Assembly (NCBI GenBank): GCA_963666515.2
Contig: OY762897.2
Span: forward strand, 1,856,001-1,920,000
Origin: Candidatus Binatia bacterium
GTDB lineage: Bacteria; Desulfobacterota; Binatia; UBA9968; JAJDTQ01
DNA length: 64,000 nucleotides
Direction of reading: 5' to 3'
The notes under the pieces were generated by a model, which was not told the DNA's origin, did not search any database, and was given only the letters and a program-made list of their open reading frames with translations. The stretch's first letter is position 1. The number at the start of each line of letters is the position of its first letter. The position numbers and the translations under genes are program-made. Shown one piece after another: positions 18,686-28,807 of the stretch.

Positions 18686-19876
18686 CTACTTCTTCTTCTC
18701 CAGTTCCTTCCACGGGTCCTTCACCATCTCGAGGGTCTCCACCTCGATGTTGGCGAGAGCGTCCCCGCGCTTCTCGACCTTGCGCAGGTACTGGTTCTGG
18801 ACGATGTCACGGGTCTCGGGGTCGATCATGATGGGACCCCGGGGGCTCGCGAACTTCCATCCCTTCCACACGGCCAGGGCGTTGTCGGCGTCGATCTTGC
18901 CGTTCAGGCGCCGCACCACCTCGTGGATGGCCGCCATGCCGTCCCAGCCCTGGACGCTGAAGAAGTCCGGCGTGCTGTCGGCGCCGTAGGCTTCCTTCCA
19001 GGCCTTCACGAAAGCCTTGTTCTCGGCCCGGTCGCCGGCCGCGGAGTAGTGGTGCATGGTGATGACGCCCAGCGGCACCTGTCCCATGTTGGGCAGCTCG
19101 GAATCCTGGGTGATGTCACCCGGGCCGATCAGCTCGATGCCGGCCGCCCTCATGCCCAGGTCGTCGTAGGTCTTCATGACGCCGGTGGCCCACTTGCCGG
19201 CCGGGATGAACACGTAGAGCGCATCGGGCTTGGCGTCCTTCACCGACTGCAGGAACGGCGTGAAGTCCGGGATCTTGGGGAACGGGAACGGGATGTCCGC
19301 CACCACCTTGCCGCCGGCCGCGGTGAACGCCTTGGTGAAGGCGTTCTTGCTATCTTTCCCGGGCGAATAGTTGGCGTAGGCCACGGCCGCGGTGCGTATC
19401 TTCATCTTCTCGTAGGCGTACTTGCCCAGGGGGTAGGCCGCCTGCCACATGGTGAACGACACTCTCGCCGTGTAGGGCGACCGGGTGGTGATGGCCGCGG
19501 TTCCGGCGTTCATGATCAGCAGCGGCACCTTGGCCTTGCGGGTCACGTCCGAGATGGCGAAGGCGTTGTTGGAGTAGACCACGCCCGCCACGATGTCCAC
19601 CTTGTCGCGGGTGATCAGCTCGGTGGCCAGCCGCTTGGCGACGTCGGGCTTGGGGCCGGTGCTGTCCCGCTTGATGATCTCGATCGTGTGGCCGCCCGTA
19701 CCCTTGGCGTTGAGCTTCTGGTACAGCTCGAAGCCCCGGTCCACCTGCTGCCCCAGTTGCGCGTTGGGCCCCGAGTAGGGAAGGATGACGCCCACCTTGA
19801 CGGTCTCGGCCCATGCCGCCCCGCCCATGGTGAGCAAGACCAGCACGGAAACGGCCAGAAGCCTTGAAATCTTCAT
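18686..19876 (-). CDS. Liv-type ABC substrate-binding protein, probably aromatic-acid-binding subfamily
   Basis: Signal peptide ending AWA; VKVGVILPYSG; SPRGPIMIDPETRDIVQ; SD AGGAGG. Confidence 0.88.
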   Translation of the reverse strand: MKISRLLAVSVLVLLTMGGAAWAETVKVGVILPYSGPNAQLGQQVDRGFELYQKLNAKGTGGHTIEIIKRDSTGPKPDVAKRLATELITRDKVDIVAGVVYSNNAFAISDVTRKAKVPLLIMNAGTAAITTRSPYTARVSFTMWQAAYPLGKYAYEKMKIRTAAVAYANYSPGKDSKNAFTKAFTAAGGKVVADIPFPFPKIPDFTPFLQSVKDAKPDALYVFIPAGKWATGVMKTYDDLGMRAAGIELIGPGDITQDSELPNMGQVPLGVITMHHYSAAGDRAENKAFVKAWKEAYGADSTPDFFSVQGWDGMAAIHEVVRRLNGKIDADNALAVWKGWKFASPRGPIMIDPETRDIVQNQYLRKVEKRGDALANIEVETLEMVKDPWKELEKKK

Positions 19877-20042
19877 GGTGACACCTCCTGCGAGTTTGGC
19901 GCCCTTGAGCGCGGATGGGATATTAACACTCCTGTCGGCGGCACGGCAACACGAGAAACGCCGCCGATTGGCTTTATCCAGACAAAGGCTATAGCCTTGG
20001 ACGCGTGGCTGGCGCCACCCATTTCCTGCAGGAGGCAACCGC

Positions 20043-20726
20043 ATGGGCAGCACGAACCTGTCGTCCGACGAATTCGTCGAGGAACTCAAGAAAGAGATCG
20101 CCGCATTCCACAAGCTGCGCATCAACCACCCGTTCGTGAAATCCATATCCGAAGGCACTGCCACCATGGACCACATCCGCACCTGGGCGGTGCAGGACTA
20201 CCAGTTCCGGGTCGCGGTGCCGCGCATCGCGCTGCTGCGCTACGTGGCGTGCAGCGATCCCGAGTTCGCCCCCAAGCTGTTCGAGGTGGCGGAAGAGGAG
20301 ACCCGCGGGCTGCTGCCGGGCAGCTCCGGCCATCCCGACATGTTCGTGGAGTTCGCCGAAGCCATCGGGCTCGAGCGCGCGGATCTGGAGAATGCTTCCC
20401 TGCTGCCGGCCACCGCCGCACACCTGTACTTCGCCGAACTGGTGATCCACACGCACCCGTGGTTCGTGGTGATGGCGGCGCAGATGGGAGCCGAGGGCAC
20501 GTTCGGCCCGGCCGCGGCGGCGCTGGGCCAGGGGTTCATCGAAAGCTACGGCATGACCCCCGAGTCGGTGCGCTTCTTCACGGTCCACGTGGAAGCCGAT
20601 GAAGAGCACGGCAGCCTGGCGGAAGACATCGGCCGCCGCTACCTGACCTCGCCCAACCTGCAGCAGCAGACGCGGGAGGTCATGTTCCGGCGCATGGAGC
20701 TGCTCTACGATATCTGGACCATCTAA
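20043..20726 (+). CDS. Heme-oxygenase-like diiron redox enzyme (TenA/PqqC/CADD superfamily)
   Basis: HPFV start; EEET...GH and FFTVHVEADEEH metal motifs. Confidence 0.8.
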   Translation: MGSTNLSSDEFVEELKKEIAAFHKLRINHPFVKSISEGTATMDHIRTWAVQDYQFRVAVPRIALLRYVACSDPEFAPKLFEVAEEETRGLLPGSSGHPDMFVEFAEAIGLERADLENASLLPATAAHLYFAELVIHTHPWFVVMAAQMGAEGTFGPAAAALGQGFIESYGMTPESVRFFTVHVEADEEHGSLAEDIGRRYLTSPNLQQQTREVMFRRMELLYDIWTI

Positions 20727-20754
20727 TGTCGTGTTTCGGCCCCACCTCACTCCA

Positions 20755-20783
20755 CCTGGATTCCGGCTTTCGCCGGAATGACG
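20755..20783 (+). repeat. REP-like element family A
   Basis: CCTGGATTCCGGCTTTCGCCGGAATGACG hairpin; identical copy at 52454. Confidence 0.85.
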
Positions 20784-20805
20784 GGTGCGGATCGGGAACA
20801 AGGCC

Positions 20806-23178
20806 ATGAAGGATCAGAACGCCATTCGCCACATGGGGCGCAGCATTCCCATGCGGGAGGCGGAACCGCTGCTGCGGGGCCGGGGGACCTACGTGAGCGA
20901 CCTGCGATTCCCCGGGATGCTGCACGCCGCAGTGCTGCGCAGCCCTCACGCGCACGCGACCCTCCGCGACATCGACGTGCACAGCGCCCTTGCCATGCCG
21001 GGGGTCGTGCGGGTGCTCACCGGGGAGGACATCCGGGACGCCATCGAACCCTTCCCTTCCAGCTTCGAGTTCCATCCGCGGCCCTGGCTCCAGGCGATCA
21101 AGCCCGTGCTCAAGGGCCCGCGCGCCCGGGTGCTGGCGCTGGACAAGGTCGTCTACGTCGGCGAGCCGGTGGCCATGGTGGTGGCCGAGGATCGCTACCT
21201 GGCGGAGGACGCGCTGGACCGCATCGTGGTGGAATACGTAGAGCTGCCGCCGGTGGCGGACCCGGAAGCGGCGTTGGAACCGGACGCGGTGCCGATTCAC
21301 GAGGACGCCGACGACAACGTGGTGTTCCACTTCAGCATCGCCAAGGGCGACGTGGAACGGGCCTTGGAGGAGGCGCCCCACCGCATCGAGGAGCGCCTGC
21401 ACCACCGCCGCCACGGCGGCATCCCCATGGAGGGCAGAGGCGTCGTGGCCATGGCCGAGGTCAAGCCGTACCGCCTGACCGTGTGGTCGTCCACCCAGGT
21501 TCCCCACAGCGTGCGCCGGCAGATCGCCGCCCAGCTCGGCATGACCGAGGAGACCATCCGGGTGGTGGCGCCTCACGTGGGCGGCGGTTTCGGACCCAAG
21601 GTGCTGGTCTATCACGAGGAAGTGCTGGTACCCTACCTCGCCCTGGAGTTGGGGCGGCCGGTGCAATGGATCGAGGACCGCCGGGAGCATTTCATCAGCA
21701 CGGCCCACGCCCGGGACCAGATCCACTACGTAGAGTTGGGATTCGACGGCGACGGCAGAATCCTCGGCCTTAAGGACCGCTTCCTGCTGGACAACGGCGC
21801 CTACAACCCCATGGGACTCACCGACGCTTACAACACCGCGGCCCACTTGCAGGGACCATACCGGATACCCAGCCTCGCCGTCACCGGCACCTGCGTCGCC
21901 ACCAACAAGGTGCCCAACGCTCCCTACCGGGGCGCCGGCCGGCCCGAGGCGGTGTTCGTCATGGAGCGCTGCATCGACCGCATCGCCGGCGAGCTGGGCC
22001 TCGACCCTGCGGAGGTGCGCTTCCGAAACTTCGTGCAGCCCGAAGATATCCCCTACGACGCCGGCGTCCTCTACCGGGACGGCGAGCCCGTGCGCTACGA
22101 CAACGGCGACTTTCCGGCCACGCTCGCCAAGGCCCTGGACGCATGCCGCTACCACGACGTGCGCGCGCGGCAGAAGGAGGCCGCGCGAGACGACCGATAC
22201 CTGGGCGTGGGCATCGGCTTCTACACCGAGGGCACCGGCGTAGGCTCCTTCGAAGGCGCCCGGGTCGAGGTGGACTCGTCCGGCAAGCTCCGGGTGTCGG
22301 TGGGCGCCAGCGGCCACGGCCAGGGACACGAGACCGTGTTCGCGCAGATCACCGCCGACCTCTGGGGGATGGCGCCGGAAGACGTCTCGGTGGTGGGAGG
22401 CGACACCGACGCCATCCGCTACGGGGTCGGCACCTTCGCCAGCCGCAGCACGGTCAACGCCGGCACCGCCATCCACGAAGCCACCCGGCGCCTCAAGGTC
22501 AAGGTGTTCGAGCTGGCCGGCCATCTGCTCGAAGCCAACCCGGACGACCTGACGACGCGGGACGGCCGGGTCTTCGTGGAGGAACGGCCCGACCGCGGCG
22601 TGTCCCTGGCCGAGCTTGCCGGCGCCGCGGTGCCCGGCTGGGCCTCGAAGCTCCCGGAGGACATGGAGCCCCGGCTGGAGGCGACCTACTACTACGTGCC
22701 GCAGACCGTGACCTGGGCCCACGCCGCCCACGTGGCCGTGGTGGAGGTGGACGCGGGCACCGGCGAAGTGAATATCCTGGACTACGCCGTGGCCCACGAC
22801 TCCGGACCGGCCGTCAACCCGCTGTTCGTCGAGGGACAGGTGCGCGGCGGCGTCGCCCAGGGCATCGGCGGCGCGCTCTACGAGGAATTCGTCTACGACG
22901 AGCTGGGACAGCTCCTCACCGGCACCTTCATGGACTACCTGCTGCCGAGCTGCGGCGAGGTGCCGGCCATAAAGCAGGTGCACCTCGAAACCCCCTCCCC
23001 GCTCAATCCCCTGGGCCTCAAGGGCATCGGCGAAGGCGGCGCCATCGCCCCGCCGGTGGCCGTGGCCAACGCCGTGGCGGACGCGCTGCGGCCCTTGGGC
23101 CGGATCGAGATCTCCGAGACCCCGGTGACGCCCGAGCGGGTGCTGACGCTGATCCGGCGGCACCGCGGGACCGCGTAG
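20806..23178 (+). CDS. Xanthine dehydrogenase family molybdopterin-binding subunit (CoxL-like)
   Basis: LRSPHAHA, VGGGFGPK, PYRGAGRPEA, HGQGHET, GQVRGGVAQG, KGIGEGG. Confidence 0.92.
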   Translation: MKDQNAIRHMGRSIPMREAEPLLRGRGTYVSDLRFPGMLHAAVLRSPHAHATLRDIDVHSALAMPGVVRVLTGEDIRDAIEPFPSSFEFHPRPWLQAIKPVLKGPRARVLALDKVVYVGEPVAMVVAEDRYLAEDALDRIVVEYVELPPVADPEAALEPDAVPIHEDADDNVVFHFSIAKGDVERALEEAPHRIEERLHHRRHGGIPMEGRGVVAMAEVKPYRLTVWSSTQVPHSVRRQIAAQLGMTEETIRVVAPHVGGGFGPKVLVYHEEVLVPYLALELGRPVQWIEDRREHFISTAHARDQIHYVELGFDGDGRILGLKDRFLLDNGAYNPMGLTDAYNTAAHLQGPYRIPSLAVTGTCVATNKVPNAPYRGAGRPEAVFVMERCIDRIAGELGLDPAEVRFRNFVQPEDIPYDAGVLYRDGEPVRYDNGDFPATLAKALDACRYHDVRARQKEAARDDRYLGVGIGFYTEGTGVGSFEGARVEVDSSGKLRVSVGASGHGQGHETVFAQITADLWGMAPEDVSVVGGDTDAIRYGVGTFASRSTVNAGTAIHEATRRLKVKVFELAGHLLEANPDDLTTRDGRVFVEERPDRGVSLAELAGAAVPGWASKLPEDMEPRLEATYYYVPQTVTWAHAAHVAVVEVDAGTGEVNILDYAVAHDSGPAVNPLFVEGQVRGGVAQGIGGALYEEFVYDELGQLLTGTFMDYLLPSCGEVPAIKQVHLETPSPLNPLGLKGIGEGGAIAPPVAVANAVADALRPLGRIEISETPVTPERVLTLIRRHRGTA

Positions 23179-23196
23179 CACGGACGCCCCGAACCC

Positions 23197-23225
23197 CGTC
23201 ATTCCGGCGGAAGCCGGAATCCAGG
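23197..23225 (-). repeat. REP-like element family A (reverse orientation)
   Basis: CGTCATTCCGGCGGAAGCCGGAATCCAGG. Confidence 0.85.
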
Positions 23226-23313
23226 AGCGGGGCGCGGGGGACAGTGCACGGGACGGCGCACGGGAGGCTCCAGCTTGCGGGAGGGATACCCGCATGTTAA
23301 GCCACGCATCACT

Positions 23314-24720
23314 ATGACGACATCGGCAAACGGTATGGGAGAGACCCTCGGGGAGGCCATCGCGTTTCTGGAGGCCAACTATCCGGACGAGGTGATCCGG
23401 GTCGACCGCGAGGTGGACCCGATCTTCGAGGTCACCGGGATACTGGCCAAGCTGGAGCGGCAGCAGCAGTTTCCGTGCGTGATCTTCGAGAACGTCAAGG
23501 GGTCGTCCATCCCGCTGGTCACCAACATGCACGCGAGCTTCCCGCGGCTGGCCATGGCCATCGGACTGCCCTACGACGCCACCCCCGCGGACTTCATCCA
23601 CGAGTACGGCAAGCGCGAGGCCAATCCGCTGCCGCCGGTAGAAGTGGAGAGCGGGCCGTGCCAGGAGGTGGTGCTCACCGGCGACGACGTGGACGTCACC
23701 ATGTTCCCGATCCTCCAGTACCACGAGATGGACGCCGGCCGTTACATCACGCTGGCGTTCGACGTCATGAAGGAGCCCGACACCGGCATCCGCAACGCAG
23801 GCATCTACCGCTTGCAACTGAAGGGCCGCAACCGCTTCGGCATCCAGATCTCCGAGACCGCCCACGGCCACTACATCCTCAAGAAGAACAAGACCCGGGG
23901 GCTACCCACGCAGATGGCCGCGGTCATCGGCGGCCACCCGGCCATGAACATCGGCAACCTGAGCTTCACCTCCATCGACACCGACGAGTTCAGCATCGCC
24001 GGCTCCATGCTCGGCAAGCCGGTGGAGCTGGTGAAGTGCAAGACCATCGACGTGGAGGTGCCGGCTACGGCCGAGATCGTGCTGGAGTGCGAGATCCACC
24101 CCACCGAGATGGAGGAAGAAGCTCCCTTCGGTGAGTATCCCGGCACCTACGGACCCCAGCGCATCAACCCGGTGGTGTACGTCAAGGCCGTCACCATGAA
24201 GAAGAACGCGCTCTACCAGAGCTCGTTCGTGGGACACGCCGACAACCTGCTGCTGTCCGGGGTGACGCGGAACAGCTACATCCACCACACCTGCCGCATC
24301 GCCAGCGCCGGCGTGAAGGCGGTGTACGTGCCGCCCTGCGGCCGCTCCCGCTACATCTGCTACATCCAGATGGAGTCCATGATCGACGGCGACGCCAAGA
24401 ACGCCGCCATGGCCGCCTTCGCCGCCGACCCGTTCCTGAAGTTCGTCATCTGTGTGGACGAGGACGTGGACATCAGCAACGACAGCGACGTGATGCACGC
24501 CATCGCCACCCGGGTACGCGCCGACCGCGACGTGTTCATGGTCACCCACTCCCGGGGCTCCCCGCTGGACCCCGCGTCCTACGACCCGGCCGGGGGCTCC
24601 CACCTGGTCACCAAAGTGGGCGTGGACGCCACCCGCAAGTCCGACTACCCGCTGGAGATCAAGGTGCCGGGGACGGACGCCATCGACCTGTCGAAGTACT
24701 TCGGCGACCGCTTCAGGTAG
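23314..24720 (+). CDS. UbiD family prFMN-dependent (de)carboxylase
   Basis: DAGRYIT, NAGIYR, EAPFGEYPGTY, VDEDVDI, KVGVDAT. Confidence 0.92.
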   Translation: MTTSANGMGETLGEAIAFLEANYPDEVIRVDREVDPIFEVTGILAKLERQQQFPCVIFENVKGSSIPLVTNMHASFPRLAMAIGLPYDATPADFIHEYGKREANPLPPVEVESGPCQEVVLTGDDVDVTMFPILQYHEMDAGRYITLAFDVMKEPDTGIRNAGIYRLQLKGRNRFGIQISETAHGHYILKKNKTRGLPTQMAAVIGGHPAMNIGNLSFTSIDTDEFSIAGSMLGKPVELVKCKTIDVEVPATAEIVLECEIHPTEMEEEAPFGEYPGTYGPQRINPVVYVKAVTMKKNALYQSSFVGHADNLLLSGVTRNSYIHHTCRIASAGVKAVYVPPCGRSRYICYIQMESMIDGDAKNAAMAAFAADPFLKFVICVDEDVDISNDSDVMHAIATRVRADRDVFMVTHSRGSPLDPASYDPAGGSHLVTKVGVDATRKSDYPLEIKVPGTDAIDLSKYFGDRFR

Positions 24721-24759
24721 GCCGGCCGCCGGAGAGCGTGAGCCCGCGGTCCCCGCGTC

Positions 24760-25548
24760 ATGCTGATCGACGCCCACGCCCATCTCGACCACTACGACGA
24801 GCCGCGGGAAGCGCTGGCGCGCATCGAGCGCCGGCGCATCCTGACGCTGGCCAACTCCATGGACCCCGCGTCGTACGAGCGCAACCTCGCGCTGGCGCAG
24901 GCATGCCCCCTCGTGCTCCCCTCCTTCGGCATCCATCCGCGGCGGGCGCGGGAACACGCCGGCCGTCTCGATGAATTGCGTCCGTTGGCGGAGCAAAGCC
25001 CCATGCTGGGGGAGCTGGGTCTCGACTTCCACTGGGTACGGGACGAGGACGCCTATCCGCACCAGGTCCGGGTGTTCGAGTTCCTGGTGCGCACGGCCGC
25101 GGAACACGACCAGATCGTCAATCTGCACACCAAAGGCGCCGAACGGCGAATCCTCGACACCTTGCGCGCTTTCGGCGTGAAGAAGGCGATCGTCCACTGG
25201 TACTCCGGACCCATGGACGTGCTCGACGAGATGATCGCCGAGGGATACCTCTTCACGGTCGGGGTGGAGGTGCTCTATTCGGAGACGATCCAGGCGGTGG
25301 CGCGCGCGGTGCCGCCCCGCCAACTGCTGTCCGAGACCGACAACCCCGGCGGCAACCGCTGGCTCGTCGGGGAGGTGGCGCCCCCGGACATCATCGCCGA
25401 CGTGGTCGCCGCGGTGGCCGGGATCAAGGGCCTGCCGCCGGAGAAGCTCGAAGCGCTGATCCAGGCCAACTTCCTGCGGCTCGTCGGCGACGACCCCAGG
25501 CTGGCGCGCGTCAGGGCGCTGCTGGAAAGGGAAGCGGGAACGGGATGA
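24760..25548 (+). CDS. tatD: TatD family DNase
   Basis: IDAHAHLD, GIHP, GELGLD, LHTK, HWYSG, SETDNP. Confidence 0.9.
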   Translation: MLIDAHAHLDHYDEPREALARIERRRILTLANSMDPASYERNLALAQACPLVLPSFGIHPRRAREHAGRLDELRPLAEQSPMLGELGLDFHWVRDEDAYPHQVRVFEFLVRTAAEHDQIVNLHTKGAERRILDTLRAFGVKKAIVHWYSGPMDVLDEMIAEGYLFTVGVEVLYSETIQAVARAVPPRQLLSETDNPGGNRWLVGEVAPPDIIADVVAAVAGIKGLPPEKLEALIQANFLRLVGDDPRLARVRALLEREAGTG

Positions 25549-25624
25549 CTTGCCGTCGGCGGGGAATCCTGCACATACTCGGCAACGTATCGTTGCCGAG
25601 TACAATCGCCCCCAAGGAGGAGCC

Positions 25625-26722
25625 ATGCTGTTTCTGACCAATGACCACATCCAGGAAGTCCTGGACATGAAGACCTGCCTCGACGCCATGGAGGACGCCT
25701 ACCGCGACCTCTCGAAGAACGAGGCGGCGTACCGGCCGAGGATCGACTTCTACGTGCCCAGGGAACCCCACTACTACCGCTGGGGGACCATGGAGGGGGC
25801 CACCCGGTCGCTGGGCTACATGGCCATCCGCATGAAGTCGGACATGCTCGTGTGGGAAAAGGACGGCGAGTTCGAGACCGAGGACAAGTACTGCATCGAG
25901 CCCGGCACCTACTGCGGCCTGATCTTCCTGCTGAGCGTGCGCAACGGCGAGCCGCTGGCGCTGATGAACGACGGCTACCTCCAGCACATGCGGGTGGGCG
26001 CCTGCGCCGGGCTCGGGGTCAAGTACCTCTCCCGCCGGGACTCCAAGGTGCTGGGCATGCTGGGCTCCGGCGGCATGGCGCGGACCTACACCCAGGCCAT
26101 CCACGAGGTGCGTGACATCGAGCTGCTGCGCGTGTTCAGCCCCACCAAGGCCAACCGCGAAGCCTTCGCCGCGGAGATGCGCGAGCAACTGGGGCTCACG
26201 GTCGAGACCTGCGACGACGCCGAGACCGCCTGCCGCGGCGCCGACATCGTGGCGCTGGCCACGGACTCCCTTGTCGAGGTGATGAAGCCCGAGTGGGTGG
26301 AGCCCGGCATGCACATCACCAACGTCCGCTCCAACGAGGCCGGGCCGGAGATCCTGGCCAAGTGCGACCTGCAGGCGCGGCTGGGGGCCTCCACCCTGGT
26401 GCTGGACAATCCTCCGGCGGGAACCATCCACGGCTCCGACGGCATGTTCGCCTACATCGCCGGCACGGATGAGGAGCGGAGCAAGATCCCGCCCTCGCCC
26501 ATCCGCGAGATCGACAACAAGAACATCGGCACCATCCCCGACCTGATGGCCGGCAGGTGGCCCGGGAGGACCAGCGATCAACAGGTGACGTTCCTCAACA
26601 ACCAGGGCACCCAGGGCCTCCAGTTCGCCGCGGTGGGGGGCACCGTCTACGAACTGGCAAAGGCCAAGGGTCTGGGACACCCGCTGCCGCGGGAATGGTT
26701 CCTGCAGGACATCCGCGACTAG
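25625..26722 (+). CDS. Ornithine cyclodeaminase/mu-crystallin family protein
   Basis: LQHMRVGA, LGSGGMA, GMHIT, GTQGLQFAA; SD AGGAGG. Confidence 0.88.
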   Translation: MLFLTNDHIQEVLDMKTCLDAMEDAYRDLSKNEAAYRPRIDFYVPREPHYYRWGTMEGATRSLGYMAIRMKSDMLVWEKDGEFETEDKYCIEPGTYCGLIFLLSVRNGEPLALMNDGYLQHMRVGACAGLGVKYLSRRDSKVLGMLGSGGMARTYTQAIHEVRDIELLRVFSPTKANREAFAAEMREQLGLTVETCDDAETACRGADIVALATDSLVEVMKPEWVEPGMHITNVRSNEAGPEILAKCDLQARLGASTLVLDNPPAGTIHGSDGMFAYIAGTDEERSKIPPSPIREIDNKNIGTIPDLMAGRWPGRTSDQQVTFLNNQGTQGLQFAAVGGTVYELAKAKGLGHPLPREWFLQDIRD

Positions 26723-26744
26723 GGCGACCGCTGCAACGCAGCAA

Positions 26745-27776
26745 ATGGCTGAGACCGGCCACTCCTCCAGGGTGCGGACGCGGATCCGAGCCGCGCTGCT
26801 GCGCTGGTACGACCGCAACAAACGCGACCTGCCTTGGCGCAGGACCCGTGACCCCTACGCCATCTGGGTCTCCGAGACCATGCTCCAGCAGACCCAGGTG
26901 GCGACGGTGCTGCCCTACTACCACCGCTTCATGGAGACGTTCCCGTCGGTGGCGGCGTTGGACCGCGCGTCGCTGGACGCGGTCCGCAGCGTCTGGAGCG
27001 GCCTCGGATACTACCGGCGCGCCGAAAACCTGAAGCGGGCCGCGCGTATACTGGTAGACCGTCACGGCGCCCGGCTGCCGGCCGACTACCAAGCGTTGCT
27101 GCGGCTGCCGGGCATCGGACGGTACACCGCCGGGGCGGTCATGAGCATCGCCTTCGACCGGCGCTACGCCGCGCCGGACGGCAACGTGCGTCGCGTCTAC
27201 ACCCGCCTGCTGGGCCTCATGGATCCCAAGGAAATCGATCAGACAGCCGGGCAGATGCTGTCCCGCTCCCGTCCCGGCGACTTCAATCAGGCCGTCATGG
27301 AGTTGGGCGCCACCGTTTGCCTGCCCGCGACTCCCCTGTGCGGGCGCTGCCCCGTGGCCCACTGGTGTCGCGCGCGAGCGTCCGGCGCCTTTGTCGTGCC
27401 GCGCCGGCAGCCCGTGCGCGCCAAAGCGGTTCAGTGGCCGCTGGTGTTCGTGGCATCGCGGTCCCGGGTCCTGCTTCACCGCCGCCCCGACAGCGGCCTG
27501 CTGGCCGGACTGTGGGAGCTGCCCAAGCCGGATACGCTCCCGTCCGGGGTCGCCGACGAAACCCTCCGGCTATCCGACCCGGTGGCGGTCATCCGCCACG
27601 CCATCACCGACATGCGCATCACGGCGCCGGTCTACGTGCTGCGGCGGAGACTTGCAGTCAAAGGACCGAATTGGCTATGGGTCAGCCTCGACGATCTCCA
27701 CTCCCATCCCCTTTCCTCTCTCAGCACCAAGGCCGCCCGCGCGGCGCAACGCCACCTCCGCGCGTTCCAGGATTGA
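26745..27776 (+). CDS. mutY: A/G-specific adenine glycosylase
   Basis: RDLPWRR, SETMLQQTQV, GLGYYRRA, LPGIGRYTA, DGNV; FeS loop CX6CX2CX5C. Confidence 0.95.
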   Translation: MAETGHSSRVRTRIRAALLRWYDRNKRDLPWRRTRDPYAIWVSETMLQQTQVATVLPYYHRFMETFPSVAALDRASLDAVRSVWSGLGYYRRAENLKRAARILVDRHGARLPADYQALLRLPGIGRYTAGAVMSIAFDRRYAAPDGNVRRVYTRLLGLMDPKEIDQTAGQMLSRSRPGDFNQAVMELGATVCLPATPLCGRCPVAHWCRARASGAFVVPRRQPVRAKAVQWPLVFVASRSRVLLHRRPDSGLLAGLWELPKPDTLPSGVADETLRLSDPVAVIRHAITDMRITAPVYVLRRRLAVKGPNWLWVSLDDLHSHPLSSLSTKAARAAQRHLRAFQD

Positions 27777-27818
27777 CGCAAGGTCTTCGTGGCATATGCA
27801 GTGACAACGGAGGTCTGG

Positions 27819-27971
27819 ATGAACCAAGACGAGACGGAGAGAGACGCAACGCTCACGGCATTGGCTGAGGATATCCGCGAGCGGATACAGACACCGCGTT
27901 CGAAGTTCGTCGATCAGGCCACGGCCTTTTCGGCGGCCCGTGCCGCTATTGAAGCCGCTCGCTACGGGTGA
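27819..27971 (+). CDS. Small hypothetical protein (50 aa)
   Basis: SD GGAGG before ATG; helical, charged sequence filling the gap between mutY and a convergent gene. Confidence 0.45.
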   Translation: MNQDETERDATLTALAEDIRERIQTPRSKFVDQATAFSAARAAIEAARYG

Positions 27972-27972
27972 A

Positions 27973-28680
27973 CTATAGGTGTAAACGCCGCATCCAGGCG
28001 TCCGTTCGGGGACGGGCGTCACGTAGCGCACGGGAGTTCTTCAGATCCAGCCGGAGCCGCTCCAGATCTACCGCCACGTCGATGTCGTAGGTGCCCGCCA
28101 CCGTCCGGACTCGAAGCCCCAGTTGCCGCGCCTTTGCGAGAGTATGCTCCAACACGGTCGCAGTGCTCCAGACGATATCCGTGAAGAGCCCTTCCTCCGG
28201 ACGGTTGAGGCCGATCAGGTAGTAGCCGCCGTCGTCCGCCGGGCCGAGGACCAGATCGCTCCGGCCCCGTTCCAGAAGGTCGCACGCTATTGTGATCGAA
28301 ACAGCCTTCAAGGTGGGAATATCGGTGCCGACGATGATCACCTGCCGGTAACCCACATGGCAGAGGTCCACGAAGACCGCGTGCATGCGCTCGCCCAGCG
28401 ACGCGCCCCGCTGCGGCAGCAGCGCGATGCCGGGTTCCGGAAACTGCTGGAAATAGTCCCGGCTGCGCTCGGCGTACGCCACCCACGTATCCCACCGTGC
28501 CGAAGGCGCCAATTCGGCCAGCACGTCCCGCAGCACGCACTCGTAGAACTCGGCCGCCTGCTCCGCATCGAGGGGCGGGCACAACCGGGTCTTGACCCTT
28601 CCGGGCGACGGCGCCCGCGCCATGACGGCCAGGGCCGGCCTGAGCGGTGCGGTTGGCGGATGGAACGGCTTCCTGCTCAC
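27973..28680 (-). CDS. TIGR04282/DUF2064 family glycosyl/nucleotidyl-transferase-like protein
   Basis: ARAPSPGRVKTRL, QRGASLGERM, VGTDIP, LGPADDGGYYLIG, DIDVAVDL; start uncertain. Confidence 0.88.
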   Translation of the reverse strand: MSRKPFHPPTAPLRPALAVMARAPSPGRVKTRLCPPLDAEQAAEFYECVLRDVLAELAPSARWDTWVAYAERSRDYFQQFPEPGIALLPQRGASLGERMHAVFVDLCHVGYRQVIIVGTDIPTLKAVSITIACDLLERGRSDLVLGPADDGGYYLIGLNRPEEGLFTDIVWSTATVLEHTLAKARQLGLRVRTVAGTYDIDVAVDLERLRLDLKNSRALRDARPRTDAWMRRLHL

Positions 28681-28807
28681 GGAATTTACCTGCGTCACCA
28701 AATCAACTATAAACAATCGCGCTCTTGAAATCGGCACTCCGGCCGCGGTGGCAAAAACACGATCCCGCCGACACCTGCGCCATCGACCCTTCGGGGAGAC
28801 ATCGTTC

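Noticed and set aside
20806-23178. Aerobic CO dehydrogenase
   Set aside because: Active-site loop is PYRGAGR, not form I AYRCSFR; no coxM/coxS adjacent; coxG is about 29 kb away
20680-23871. Very long antisense ORFs (e.g. 1063 aa here; also 4126-7083, 29215-31437, 31935-34166, 59220-61145)
   Set aside because: Shadow frames of GC-rich real genes on the opposite strand; no recognisable motifs
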